From an uncultured Actinomycetes bacterium (GTDB lineage: Bacteria > Actinomycetota > Acidimicrobiia > IMCC26256 > DASPTH01), in NCBI GenBank assembly GCA_963819735.1, contig CAWFXC010000005.1, positions 425,825 through 489,824 on the forward strand: 64,000 bases of DNA, given 5' to 3'. The position numbers and the translations under genes are program-made. Numbering within the stretch: the stretch's first letter is position 1; each line of letters starts with the position of its first letter. Shown here one piece after another: positions 37,564 through 46,391 of this stretch. The notes under the pieces were generated by a model. That model ran no database searches. It saw only the letters and a list, made by a program, of their open reading frames with translations, and was not told where the DNA came from.

Positions 37564-38127
37564 TTACACCCCAGCTGGGTCGGGATGGCCGCTGGCGGCG
37601 CGCTGCTTCTCGGTGAACGTGTACGCCCAGTAGAGGGCGCCGAAAGGAACGAGGATCCGCAGCAGGATCGGGAAGCGGTCCGTGTTGGCGGCGACGAGGA
37701 GCGAGATGGAGCCGACCACGAACGCGAGGCCCCACGCGGTGGAGATGACCCGGTTGATCCGGTGGAACTCCGCACTGTTCCAGAACTAGCGTGGCACTGA
37801 TTCGCGGGCGTAGGACTCCGTGAACGGGTGCCCGATCAGGACCGATCCGAGCACGATGATCGTGAGCGCGATGTGCGCGCCGGCCTGCGCGTAGTTCGAG
37901 ATGTCGCCCTGCGCGCTGGAGTCGGCCGCGAGGACCACGATCAGGAGCCCGACGAAGTACACGAGGCTGGCCACGTCGAGCAGGTGGACGTGCTGGTGCA
38001 GCAACGCGCGGCCGAGCACCACCACGGCGGCGGCGACCGCGCAGGCGGCCGCGTCCTCGAGTGTCGCGAAGCGGTCGACGACGATGAACAACAGCCAGGG
38101 CGCGAAACTCCAGATCAGTTCAGTCAT
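37564..38127 (-). pseudogene. small multi-pass membrane protein interrupted by an in-frame TAG (37786-37788)
   Basis: The upstream 113 codons are MTELIWSFAPWLLFIVV...HPFTESYARESVPR, ending in a stop. The same frame then continues without a gap as FWNSAEFHRINRVISTAWGLAFVVGSISLLVAANTDRFPILLRILVPFGALYWAYTF...GV, ending at TAA 37564-37566. Both halves are hydrophobic and coding-like. Confidence 0.55.
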
Positions 38128-38205
38128 CGTGATCTTCCGGTGGTGGCGGGGTCGTGACAACGTAGAGGTCGACGGCCTGCGCGCGCACGTGGCACACTCG
38201 CCGCG

Positions 38206-39141
38206 ATGAGGGCTGTACGCGCGGTCGAAGGCGGAGTGGCAGTGGTCGACGTCGACGCGCCGCCCGGCCAGGGGGAGCTGCTCACCATGCGGGCGGCGGG
38301 GATCTGCGGCTCCGACTTCGGCTACATCGCGGGCGGAAGCCGCTTCCTGCTCGGGCACGAGCTGGTGGGTGTCCGGGAAGACGGCACGGCCGTCGCGGTC
38401 GAGGCGCTCTACGGGTGCATGGACTGCGACCTGTGTCGCGACGGCGCCTACAACCTCTGCCTCCGGCAGTCCGAGACCGCCCTCGGGTTCTCGGCCGACG
38501 GCGGGATGGCCGAGCAGTTTCGTGCCCCGTCGGTCCGGCTGGTGGCGCTCCCCGCCGGTCTCGACCCGGCCGACGGATCGCTGGTCGAACCCGCGACCGT
38601 GGCCTGGCACGGCGTGCGCCTCGGCGGCACCGGACCGGGGCGGACGGTCGCCGTCGTCGGCGGTGGCGCGATCGGGCAGCTCGCGGTGGCGGGCGCGCAG
38701 GCGCAGGGGGCCGACGCGGTCGCGCTCGATGCCCGCTACGAGCGCCAGCGGGAGATCGGGGAGCAATCGGGCGTCGGCCCGCCAGAGGGCATGTACGACG
38801 TCGTGATCGAAGCGGCGGGCTCGCCGAGCGCGTTGGCGCGCAGCATCGAGTTGGTCGCCCCCGGCGGTTCCGTGGTGGTGCTCGGCGTGCACATTGCCGA
38901 CTTCAGCCCCGACTTCCTGAGCATCTTCCTCAAGGAAGCGCGCATCGTGCCGTCGATCGGGTACTGCCGGCACAGTGGTGGTCGCGACATGGCCGACGCC
39001 GCGGCCATGCTGGCGGAACGGCCGGACCTCGTCGACGCGCTCGTCACGCACCGCTTCCCGCTCGAGGATGCGGTGGAGGCGTTCCGGGTCGCGCAGGATC
39101 GGCAGAGCGGCGCAGTGAAGGTGGTCATCGAGCTCGGATGA
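38206..39141 (+). CDS. zinc-dependent alcohol dehydrogenase (MDR family)
   Basis: GICGSDFGY, GHELVG, the structural-zinc cysteines CMDCDLCRDGAYNLC and the Rossmann motif VVGGGAIG are present. Confidence 0.88.
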   Translation: MRAVRAVEGGVAVVDVDAPPGQGELLTMRAAGICGSDFGYIAGGSRFLLGHELVGVREDGTAVAVEALYGCMDCDLCRDGAYNLCLRQSETALGFSADGGMAEQFRAPSVRLVALPAGLDPADGSLVEPATVAWHGVRLGGTGPGRTVAVVGGGAIGQLAVAGAQAQGADAVALDARYERQREIGEQSGVGPPEGMYDVVIEAAGSPSALARSIELVAPGGSVVVLGVHIADFSPDFLSIFLKEARIVPSIGYCRHSGGRDMADAAAMLAERPDLVDALVTHRFPLEDAVEAFRVAQDRQSGAVKVVIELG

Positions 39142-39180
39142 CCGTGCTCCCTGCGGTCGGACCCGCGGCCGCGGCGCGCC

Positions 39181-40482
39181 CTACGAGGTGGCGTTCGGCG
39201 GATCACTCTCCGCGTCACCCTGTTGCGCGTCACTCTGCTGCGCGTCGCGCAGCATCCTCGCCATCGATTGCAGGAGCTTCCAGCCGATCACGCCGTCCTG
39301 CTGCACGAGCGGACGGAATTCCCAGTACGTGAGCCCGTGGCACACGAGGTCGGTCGTGGCGGTGATCGTGGCCATACGTTGGCCTTCGTCGATCAGCGCG
39401 ATCTCCCCGAAGTGGTCGCCGGGCCCGAGCGTGCCGCGCTCGACGCCGCGGATCGACACCGTTGCCTCACCCGAGTCGATGAGGAAGAACGCGGCGCCGC
39501 CGGAGCCTTCCCGGATGACGGTCTCGCCCGCCGCGAACCTCCGGAGCTTCGAACAGCGCGCGATCTGCTCGACTTCCTGCTCGTCGAGATCCGCGAAGAG
39601 TGGCACCCGCTGCAGGACCTCCGCCGGATCGCCCGCCTCGGCATCGGGCGCGGGCGCCGAGGCGCTCGACGCGCTCGTGGTGACCGCCCGGCACTGCAAC
39701 AGGTAGAGGACGCCGTCGGCGAACGCGAACTCGATGTCGCGGGCCTTGCCGTAGACGGCCTCGCACCGGACTGCGAGCTCGTTCAATTGCGCGAGCTGGT
39801 CGTCGTCGAGGCAGAGCTTCTCGGTGCGCTCCGGCGGCACCTGCTCCTCGAACGTGCCCCCGTCGGGGAGTGAACGGATGGCGACCCGTTTGAGCCCGGG
39901 GTTGCGTTCGAGCACCTTTCCGGCGCGGTCGACGCGGTAGCTGTCGGGGATCACGAGCCCGGCGACCACCGCCTCCCCGAGTCCCCAGCTCGCCTCGATC
40001 ATCCGCTCGTCGGCTCCGGTGACCGGGTTCTCGGTGAACATCACTCCCGCCGCATCGGGATCGAGCAACGACTGCACGACCACGCCGATGCTCGGGCGCG
40101 TGAACAACCCGACGCGTTGCCGGTAGGTGATGGCGGAATCCGAGTTCGCCGACCACCAGATCTCGCGCAGTGCCGACGGCACTTCGGCGACCGACGGCAC
40201 GTTGAGCACCGTGAGGTGTTGCCCGGCGAAGCTGGCGTCCTTCCCGTCCTCGTCGACGGCCGACGAGCGCACCGCGAGCGGCGTCTTCAGTCCGCGCACC
40301 GCGTCGGACACCCGGGCGATCATCTCCTCGTCCTCGGATGCGACCGCTTCGACCACGGGTCCCGAGAGCGCGACGCCGGGCGGTACCGGGAGGCCGTCGC
40401 GGATGGCGTCGCCGAGCCCGACTGCCTTGGAACCGAAGATCGACAGTTCGCGCGCCTCGGCGAGCGGAACGACCTGCGTCAC
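39181..40482 (-). CDS. PEP/pyruvate-binding (PPDK_N, ATP-grasp) domain protein fused to a C-terminal cyclic-nucleotide-binding domain
   Basis: The N-terminal domain reads FGSKAVGLGDAIRDGLPVPPG, LAVRSSAVDEDGKDASFAGQHLTVLNV, VVVQSLLDPDAAGVMFTENPVTG, EASWGLGEAVVAG and DIEFAFADGVLYLLQCRAVT. After an Ala/Ser/Pro linker comes VPLFADLDEQEVEQIA...GDHFGEIALIDEGQRMATITA (CAP-type cNMP-binding). GTG 40482 overlaps the upstream stop as GTGA. Confidence 0.85.
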   Translation of the reverse strand: MTQVVPLAEARELSIFGSKAVGLGDAIRDGLPVPPGVALSGPVVEAVASEDEEMIARVSDAVRGLKTPLAVRSSAVDEDGKDASFAGQHLTVLNVPSVAEVPSALREIWWSANSDSAITYRQRVGLFTRPSIGVVVQSLLDPDAAGVMFTENPVTGADERMIEASWGLGEAVVAGLVIPDSYRVDRAGKVLERNPGLKRVAIRSLPDGGTFEEQVPPERTEKLCLDDDQLAQLNELAVRCEAVYGKARDIEFAFADGVLYLLQCRAVTTSASSASAPAPDAEAGDPAEVLQRVPLFADLDEQEVEQIARCSKLRRFAAGETVIREGSGGAAFFLIDSGEATVSIRGVERGTLGPGDHFGEIALIDEGQRMATITATTDLVCHGLTYWEFRPLVQQDGVIGWKLLQSMARMLRDAQQSDAQQGDAESDPPNATS

Positions 40483-42117
40483 CCGAGCACCATGACGGTG
40501 CCGGCACCGCCGTCGACGCGTACCCGGGTGCCATCCGGGATGCGTTCGGTTGCTTCGCGCGTGCCCACCACGCCGGGGATGCCGTACTCGCGCGCCACGA
40601 TCGCCGAGTGCGAGAGGAGGCCGCCGTTGTCGGTGACGATGGCGCCGAGGAGCGGCAGCAGGATGTTGAACGCTTCGGTGGTGGCCGGCGTGAGGAGCAC
40701 GTCGCCCTGCTGGATCCGACCGAACTCCGACGGGCCGGCCACGAGACGGGCCGGACCCTCGTAGACGCCCGGACTCGCCGCCAACCCGCGCAGGCGGTCG
40801 TGCTCGTGCTCGGCTTCGGAGCTGCCGAAGAGCGAGTCCAACGCGATGCCCGTCGCCCGCATGAGGCGTCCGATGTCGGGCGGCAGGCCTGACGGGTCGG
40901 GCGGCGGCTGCGGCGGGTCGCCGATGAACGCAGGCGCTTCCTTGGCGGTGTGGGTGGCGCGGTACTCGGCGCGCGCGGCCAGCTCCTCGGCCGAGGGTCC
41001 GCCGGTGTCGGTGACCAACGCGCGCATCTCGCCGACCGTTGCGTCGACCATGTGCACGGGATCGTCGATCCGGCCGCGTGCTGCGACGCGCCGGCCGGCT
41101 GCGAGCGCGGCGCGACGCATCAGGCCCGAGGCCCAGATGTCGCTGTAGATGCCCCGCTCGTCACGGAGTCGGTACGTGAGGCGGGCTTCCCCGAGCAGCT
41201 CGTCGAACTCAGCCTGGTTCGCCTCCGGCACCCGGGCCCGCACCCCGGCGATCTTGTCGTCGACGTCGGCGCCCTCCAGGTCGCGTCCCGACACCGCGAT
41301 GCGGATCGCGCGCACCAGCGCGTCGGGCAGCTCGAGCGCGGCGGGCTCCGAGATGTCGAACCCGTCGAGCGGGCGGTTGCCGATGAGCTCGAGGTAGCCG
41401 GTGACCGCGGCGCCCGACTCACCGTCGAGCGCGCGCAGGGCTGCGAGCACAGTGGCGGGGTCGTCGTCGGACTCGAGGATTGCGATCGCGGCCGGGTCCT
41501 GGGCGATCGACTTCAGCCGCTCGAGCTCGACTGATCCGCCGGCCGAAACCGGCGCCGCGCCCCGGAGGAGACCGAGCAGCTCGGCGTAGGAGATGCCCGT
41601 CCAGTCGCCCACGTGGGCGAGGAAGTCGCCGGTGGGGATCATCGCCCCGGCGGTGTAGCGCATGTGCTGCGTGATCATCGCGGAGTGGTGTTCGGAGCAG
41701 CGGGTGAGGTACGCCGCCAGGTCGTCGTCGGACAGCGAATCCGGGTCGACCGCCTGGATCTCGCGGTGCTTCGCGATCGCGTTCGGCTTGCTCGTCTCGT
41801 CCCACTCGCGCAGCTGCTCACGCCAGAGCTTCCCCGCGAACACCTCCTCGGCCCGGGCGAAGCGCTGCGGAACCTCTTCGTCGGGTACCGGCTTGGGCTG
41901 GTTGTAGGCAAAGCCGTTCAGGTAGGCGGTCTGCAAGCCGTCGATGAGCATCCCGTAGTAGCGCGCGAAGTCGCCCGTGCCCTTGATGAACGCGGTCGGG
42001 ATGCATCTCGGCCCAGTAGTGCGTGACCGGGCGGGGGAAGTGCACGGCATCCCGTCCCCACGGCCCGGGGCCGGGCGCCACGAACTGCAGCTCTTCCGTC
42101 GACGTGGCATCCACCAT
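40479..42117 (-). pseudogene. PEP-utilizing-enzyme mobile (swivel phosphohistidine) domain protein with a long helical N-terminal region; apparent 1-nt insertion frameshift near 41994
   Basis: The C-terminus reads GDVLLTPATTEAFNILLPLLGAIVTDNGGLLSHSAIVAREYGIPGVVG, which is the swivel His domain. ATG 42117 has a gaggag SD 8 nt upstream and encodes MVDATSTEELQFVAPGPGPWGRDAVHFPRPVTHYWAEMHPD. The protein-like sequence then continues in the +1 frame as AFIKGTGDFARYYGMLIDGLQTAYLNGFAY. Confidence 0.7.
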
Positions 42118-42167
42118 CGGTATCGCTCCTCGATCGGTTCATTTGGAACGCCCTCACCGGCAGGCGG

Positions 42168-42196
42168 ATTATGTGCGCTCGACCACCGAGGCGCAA
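42168..42196 (-). promoter_or_regulatory. candidate promoter TTGCGC-17 nt-CATAAT (minus strand) upstream of the swivel-domain gene
   Basis: The hexamers were read on the reverse strand in the 86-nt gap between the epimerase stop (42204) and ATG 42117. Confidence 0.3.
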
Positions 42197-42203
42197 CCAC
42201 GCG

Positions 42204-43184
42204 TCAGCCGACCGCGTCGAGACCGGTGATCTCCGTGAACAGTTGCCGGAACGACTGGTCGAAGTTGGTCCGACACGGCCCGGTGAGGGCGCGTCGACGG
42301 GTCGGATCGGCGAGGGCGCCGGCCGGACTGCCGGGTACGGACCGGACGTCGATGCGCCCGTCGCGCCCGGACCACGCCGCCGCGTCACCGACCCACTGCT
42401 GCACGGTGGTGACGTCGTCGCCGCAGAGGTTGGTGATGAACGCCGGGTTGCCCGCGGCCTCGAGCAGCGGCTCGAGCATCCACTTGATGTCTTCGATGTG
42501 GATCGGGGAGTGCGGCGTGGGATCCGACGGGGCGACCATCGTCTGGCCGGCCATGACCGCGTCGATGTGCATCGCGGGGAAGGTTCCCGGCAGCCCCATG
42601 AGCGTGTTCAGCCGGGGGATGACCACCGGGAGATCGAAGGCGCGGGCGCAGAACCGGGCCACGCTCTCGACCCCGAGCTTGCAGGCCGGGCTCGTCGGTG
42701 CGTACGCGGTGGCGCCCCGCCCGATCGGATCCGCTTCGCCGTAGGCCCACCAGGGATCGTCGTTGGCCGAGTAGATCCCCATCCCGGACATCACGAGGGC
42801 GGCCTTGGCGGTTCGGCAGTGCTGCAGGATCAGGCCCGCACCCTCGACGTTGGCCCGCATGGCGTCGTCGAGCTGGTCGAGGTCGGCGCGCAACCACGCC
42901 AGATGCAAGAGATAGGTGAAGTTGTCGGGCAGCTCGTGGAAGTCGCCACTCGCCAGGTCGACCTGCCGGACCTGCACGCCGGACGCCTCGAGCGCTTCGC
43001 GGGTGGAGAGCGCGCGCGTCGGCGCGGGGGTCGCGACGGCGTGGTAGGTCTCGCGCTCACGATCGACCGACTGGCCGAGCCGGGCGAGTCCCCAGACCTC
43101 GTTGTCCTGCGCGAGGTGGAGCGCGAGCGCGGACCCGATGGTGCCGGTCACGCCGGTGACCAGGATCCGCTCGTCAGTGATCAC
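42204..43184 (-). CDS. NAD-dependent epimerase/dehydratase (extended SDR) family protein
   Basis: Reading from GTG 43184 (GTGA overlap with the sulfotransferase stop) gives VITDERILVTGVTGTIGSALALHL. The ORF track over-extends the gene to 43310. Confidence 0.82.
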   Translation of the reverse strand: MITDERILVTGVTGTIGSALALHLAQDNEVWGLARLGQSVDRERETYHAVATPAPTRALSTREALEASGVQVRQVDLASGDFHELPDNFTYLLHLAWLRADLDQLDDAMRANVEGAGLILQHCRTAKAALVMSGMGIYSANDDPWWAYGEADPIGRGATAYAPTSPACKLGVESVARFCARAFDLPVVIPRLNTLMGLPGTFPAMHIDAVMAGQTMVAPSDPTPHSPIHIEDIKWMLEPLLEAAGNPAFITNLCGDDVTTVQQWVGDAAAWSGRDGRIDVRSVPGSPAGALADPTRRRALTGPCRTNFDQSFRQLFTEITGLDAVG

Positions 43185-44353
43185 GAGTCGATCCCGAATC
43201 GTCGCGTGTAGAAGCGAAAGCGCGCTCGCAGCCGGTCGGGGTCGAGGCCGAACTCCTCCGCGGTGTACCGGTGCGCGCCGTGTTGATCCTTCGGGTGATC
43301 GTCCAGCCATCGCTGGACCGCCTGCTGGGACTGCTCATCGAAGTCCATGCCCGCCCATTCGCACACCGCGGCGACCGCGCCGATCGGATCGTTCATCATC
43401 GCGTCGTAGTGCAGATCGAGGTTGCGCGCCTCCGGCACCGTACCGCCGTCGCGCGTGGCCAGGCCTCGGTGCAGCGACAGCTCCTCCATCACGACCCATT
43501 CGGCGCCGAACTGCTTGCGATCGAAGTCGGGGGTGTTGCTCTCGCGCATCAGCCCGGTGAGGCTGAGCGCCGACGGCAGCACGACCGCCGGATCGCGGTG
43601 CGTCCACACGAGGAGTGCGTCGGGATACGTCTCGAGCAGCGCGTCGAGCGACAGGAGGTGCTTCGGGTACTTCAGGACCCAGCGGCCGGGGTTGTGCCAC
43701 TGCAACTGCTGGAGGGTCCGTCGGTGCGCTTCGTACATCGGCGTGTAGTCCGCCCCGAGGTACCAGTCGCGGTAACCCGGGATGTCGAACGACGCCATCC
43801 ACGCCTGGTTGAGGAAGCTCCAGTCGTTCAGCAGATTGCACTGCTCGGGTCGTGTCGCCGACATGGGGTGGCGGATGAGCAGCTCGGCGGGTAGCTGGTC
43901 GAGGGCGGCCTGTACCTCGGCGATGCGGGGGTCAGTGGCGAAGGTGGCGCGCTCGGGCGGCGGCGACGGCGCCGACATCTCCCACATCAACGGGCCCCGG
44001 AATCCGGTCACGCACGCGAGCAGCGCGTGGAGATGCGTCGAGCCCGAGCGCGGTGGTCCGACGATGAAGATCGGCGCGTCGATCGCTTCGTCGGCGATAC
44101 CGGGATTCTGCGCGCGGTCGGCGACGAGGCGAAGTCGCTTGACCAGCACGCCGGTCAACATCTCGTTGACGCGCGCCTGCACGCTCCCGGAGACCCGCGC
44201 GTCGTCGTTGAAGGAACGCACGAGGACGTGGAGCGCGTCGGTGAACGGCAGGTCGCCGTAGTCGTCGAGCGCGGCGATGCGGATTGCATCCGCCAGCAAC
44301 TGCTCGACGGAGAGCGTTCCCGCCTCGTCGCTCGGCTCGCGCACCGCACCCAT
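43181..44353 (-). CDS. sulfotransferase family protein (PAPS-dependent, Sulfotransfer_3-like)
   Basis: The 5-prime-PSB loop IFIVGPPRSGSTHLHALL and the 3-prime-PB region VWTHRDPAVVLPS are present. 390 aa. Confidence 0.85.
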   Translation of the reverse strand: MGAVREPSDEAGTLSVEQLLADAIRIAALDDYGDLPFTDALHVLVRSFNDDARVSGSVQARVNEMLTGVLVKRLRLVADRAQNPGIADEAIDAPIFIVGPPRSGSTHLHALLACVTGFRGPLMWEMSAPSPPPERATFATDPRIAEVQAALDQLPAELLIRHPMSATRPEQCNLLNDWSFLNQAWMASFDIPGYRDWYLGADYTPMYEAHRRTLQQLQWHNPGRWVLKYPKHLLSLDALLETYPDALLVWTHRDPAVVLPSALSLTGLMRESNTPDFDRKQFGAEWVVMEELSLHRGLATRDGGTVPEARNLDLHYDAMMNDPIGAVAAVCEWAGMDFDEQSQQAVQRWLDDHPKDQHGAHRYTAEEFGLDPDRLRARFRFYTRRFGIDS

Positions 44354-44378
44354 CAGGCGCCCATTCCTCTCGTGTGAC

Positions 44379-45188
44379 TCAAGCCGGCGCGGGTCGCACC
44401 CGGGCCAGGATCGCCGAGCCGCGGCGACCGCGGCCTCCGTCTTCGATCAGGTTGACGCGTACGAGGCCCTCCGACGGCGGGCCGACGAAACGGAACTCGG
44501 TCACGATCGGCGAGACGCGGTTCTGCGCGAGGTAGCGGATCTCCATCTCGGTCACCACGTGGAGGTCGGTACCGAGCGCCCGATGGTGGTCGGCGAGGTC
44601 CTCGGCCGCCGCCTCGGCGAGCGCGGCGACCATTGCGCCCTGGAGCGCGCCCGCCGGGTTCAGGAGGTCGTAGCGCAGGTCGACGGAGGCGACGCCGCGG
44701 GCCCGGTCGAGGGTCTCGATGCCGACGGCCTCGCGGACGGGGATGTCGAGTGGCGGGGCGGTGCCGCGCGCGACGACGCCCGCGGTGTCGATCTCGATCT
44801 TCGACTCGCCCTCCCGGCGGGGGACTCTCGCGAACCCGGCGAAGCACGTGCCCCACTCGGTTCCGTCGACGAAGAGCGGCGCCTCACACGTGACCGAACG
44901 CCGCCCGGCGCGCAGGGTGGTCGACCACGACTCGATGCTCGCGGGCGGCGGGGCCAGCGGCGCCCGCACCGACAGCTCGGAAGTGAACAGCCACGACTCG
45001 ACGTCCTGGTCGACCGGCACGCCGGTCACCACGTCGGTCAGGTAGACGATGGCCGCGGCCGGCACCACTCCCCGCACGCACAGCGCCGTCGGCGGATGGA
45101 GGATCCCGACGAACCGGTCGTCGTCGAGCCGGAACGACACGCCGAGCCGGCTCGGGATCATGTGGAAGTCGGCGGGGACATCGGTCAC
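44379..45188 (-). CDS. double hot-dog fold thioesterase-like protein
   Basis: 269 aa with two repeats of similar length. The second repeat carries LLNPAGALQGAMVAALAEAAAED, a PaaI/4HBT-like helix. The family call is moderate. Confidence 0.65.
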   Translation of the reverse strand: MTDVPADFHMIPSRLGVSFRLDDDRFVGILHPPTALCVRGVVPAAAIVYLTDVVTGVPVDQDVESWLFTSELSVRAPLAPPPASIESWSTTLRAGRRSVTCEAPLFVDGTEWGTCFAGFARVPRREGESKIEIDTAGVVARGTAPPLDIPVREAVGIETLDRARGVASVDLRYDLLNPAGALQGAMVAALAEAAAEDLADHHRALGTDLHVVTEMEIRYLAQNRVSPIVTEFRFVGPPSEGLVRVNLIEDGGRGRRGSAILARVRPAPA

Positions 45189-45237
45189 GGGAGGCGAAGC
45201 TAGCGTCCAGCGTGACCTTCCTCACTCAGGAGCACGC

Positions 45238-46287
45238 ATGACTACCGCGCCGCCCGTACCCGACACGATCGAGCAGGCCCTCGACCCCGCGTGGCTCACC
45301 GACGCACTCGGCCTCCGCTTTTCGGGCATCGAGGTCACTCGGGTCACGCCCGGACCGGTGGTGGAGCGTCTCTCCACCAACGCGCGCTTCCGCATCGAGT
45401 GTGCGGGAGGCCTCCCCGACGGTCTCGTGCCCACGCTGTGCGTGAAGGGCTACTTCGGTGAGAAGGGGCGCCCGATGGCCCACGTGGGTGAGCCGGAGGC
45501 GCATTTCTACGCGACGCTCGCCGAGGCGACCGGCGTGCACACGTTGCGCAGCGTCTACGCCGACGTGAACCCCGCGTCGCACCACGGCGTGGTGATCACC
45601 GAGGACGTCGTCGCCGCGGGTGGTGAGTTCCTCGACGCACTCTCTCCGTACACGCCGGAGCAGACGGCGCAGAGCCTCGCCCAGTTCGCCCGGCTCCACG
45701 CCGGCACGTGGGGCGTGAACGACCTCATCGACGAGCCGTGGCTCGCCTCCCGTATCCCGTCGTACTTCGCGTACCGCGGCGTCGACGACATCCAGAAGAA
45801 CTTCGACGGAGCAGTCGGGGTCGATGTCGCGCCCGAGGTGCGCGACGCGCAACGCCTGGTCGACGCGCTGTGGGTGCTCGCCGAACGCAGCGAGAGCCCG
45901 GGTTGGACGGTCATCCACGGCGACGCCCACGTGGGCAACATCTTCCTGGACGCCGACGGCGCCCCTGCACTCGTCGACTGGCAACTCGTGCAGCGCGGCC
46001 ACTGGGGCATCGACGTGGGCTACCACATCGCCTCGGCCCTCACGACTGCCGATCGCGAGGCCCACGAGCGCGATCTCCTCACGCACTACCTCGAGTGCCT
46101 GCGCTCGCACGGCGTCGACGCGCCCGGATGGGACGACGCGTGGGACGCGTACCGGGCCGGGATCGTGTACGGCTACTTCCTCTGGGCGATCACGCTGGTC
46201 GTGAAACCGGCGATCATCCAGGTGCTGCTGCAACGGCTGAGTGCGGCCGCCGCCGCGCACGATTCCTTCGGCGCGATCGGCGTGTGA
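45238..46287 (+). CDS. phosphotransferase (APH / choline-kinase-like) family protein, paralog of 6304-7332
   Basis: ATG 45238 follows a caggag SD. VIHGDAHVGNIFLDADGAPALVDWQ is present. It shares the C-terminal GYFLWAIT...RLSAAAAAHDSFGAIGV block with the other copy. Confidence 0.85.
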   Translation: MTTAPPVPDTIEQALDPAWLTDALGLRFSGIEVTRVTPGPVVERLSTNARFRIECAGGLPDGLVPTLCVKGYFGEKGRPMAHVGEPEAHFYATLAEATGVHTLRSVYADVNPASHHGVVITEDVVAAGGEFLDALSPYTPEQTAQSLAQFARLHAGTWGVNDLIDEPWLASRIPSYFAYRGVDDIQKNFDGAVGVDVAPEVRDAQRLVDALWVLAERSESPGWTVIHGDAHVGNIFLDADGAPALVDWQLVQRGHWGIDVGYHIASALTTADREAHERDLLTHYLECLRSHGVDAPGWDDAWDAYRAGIVYGYFLWAITLVVKPAIIQVLLQRLSAAAAAHDSFGAIGV

Positions 46288-46391
46288 ACCCGCACGCGCC
46301 GGTGGACAACGTCCTACACTCCCGTGGCGCCCGGCGGCAGGTAGAGATCGGCACAGGCCGTTCCGGCCGGGACGACTGAACGGGGAGTCTC

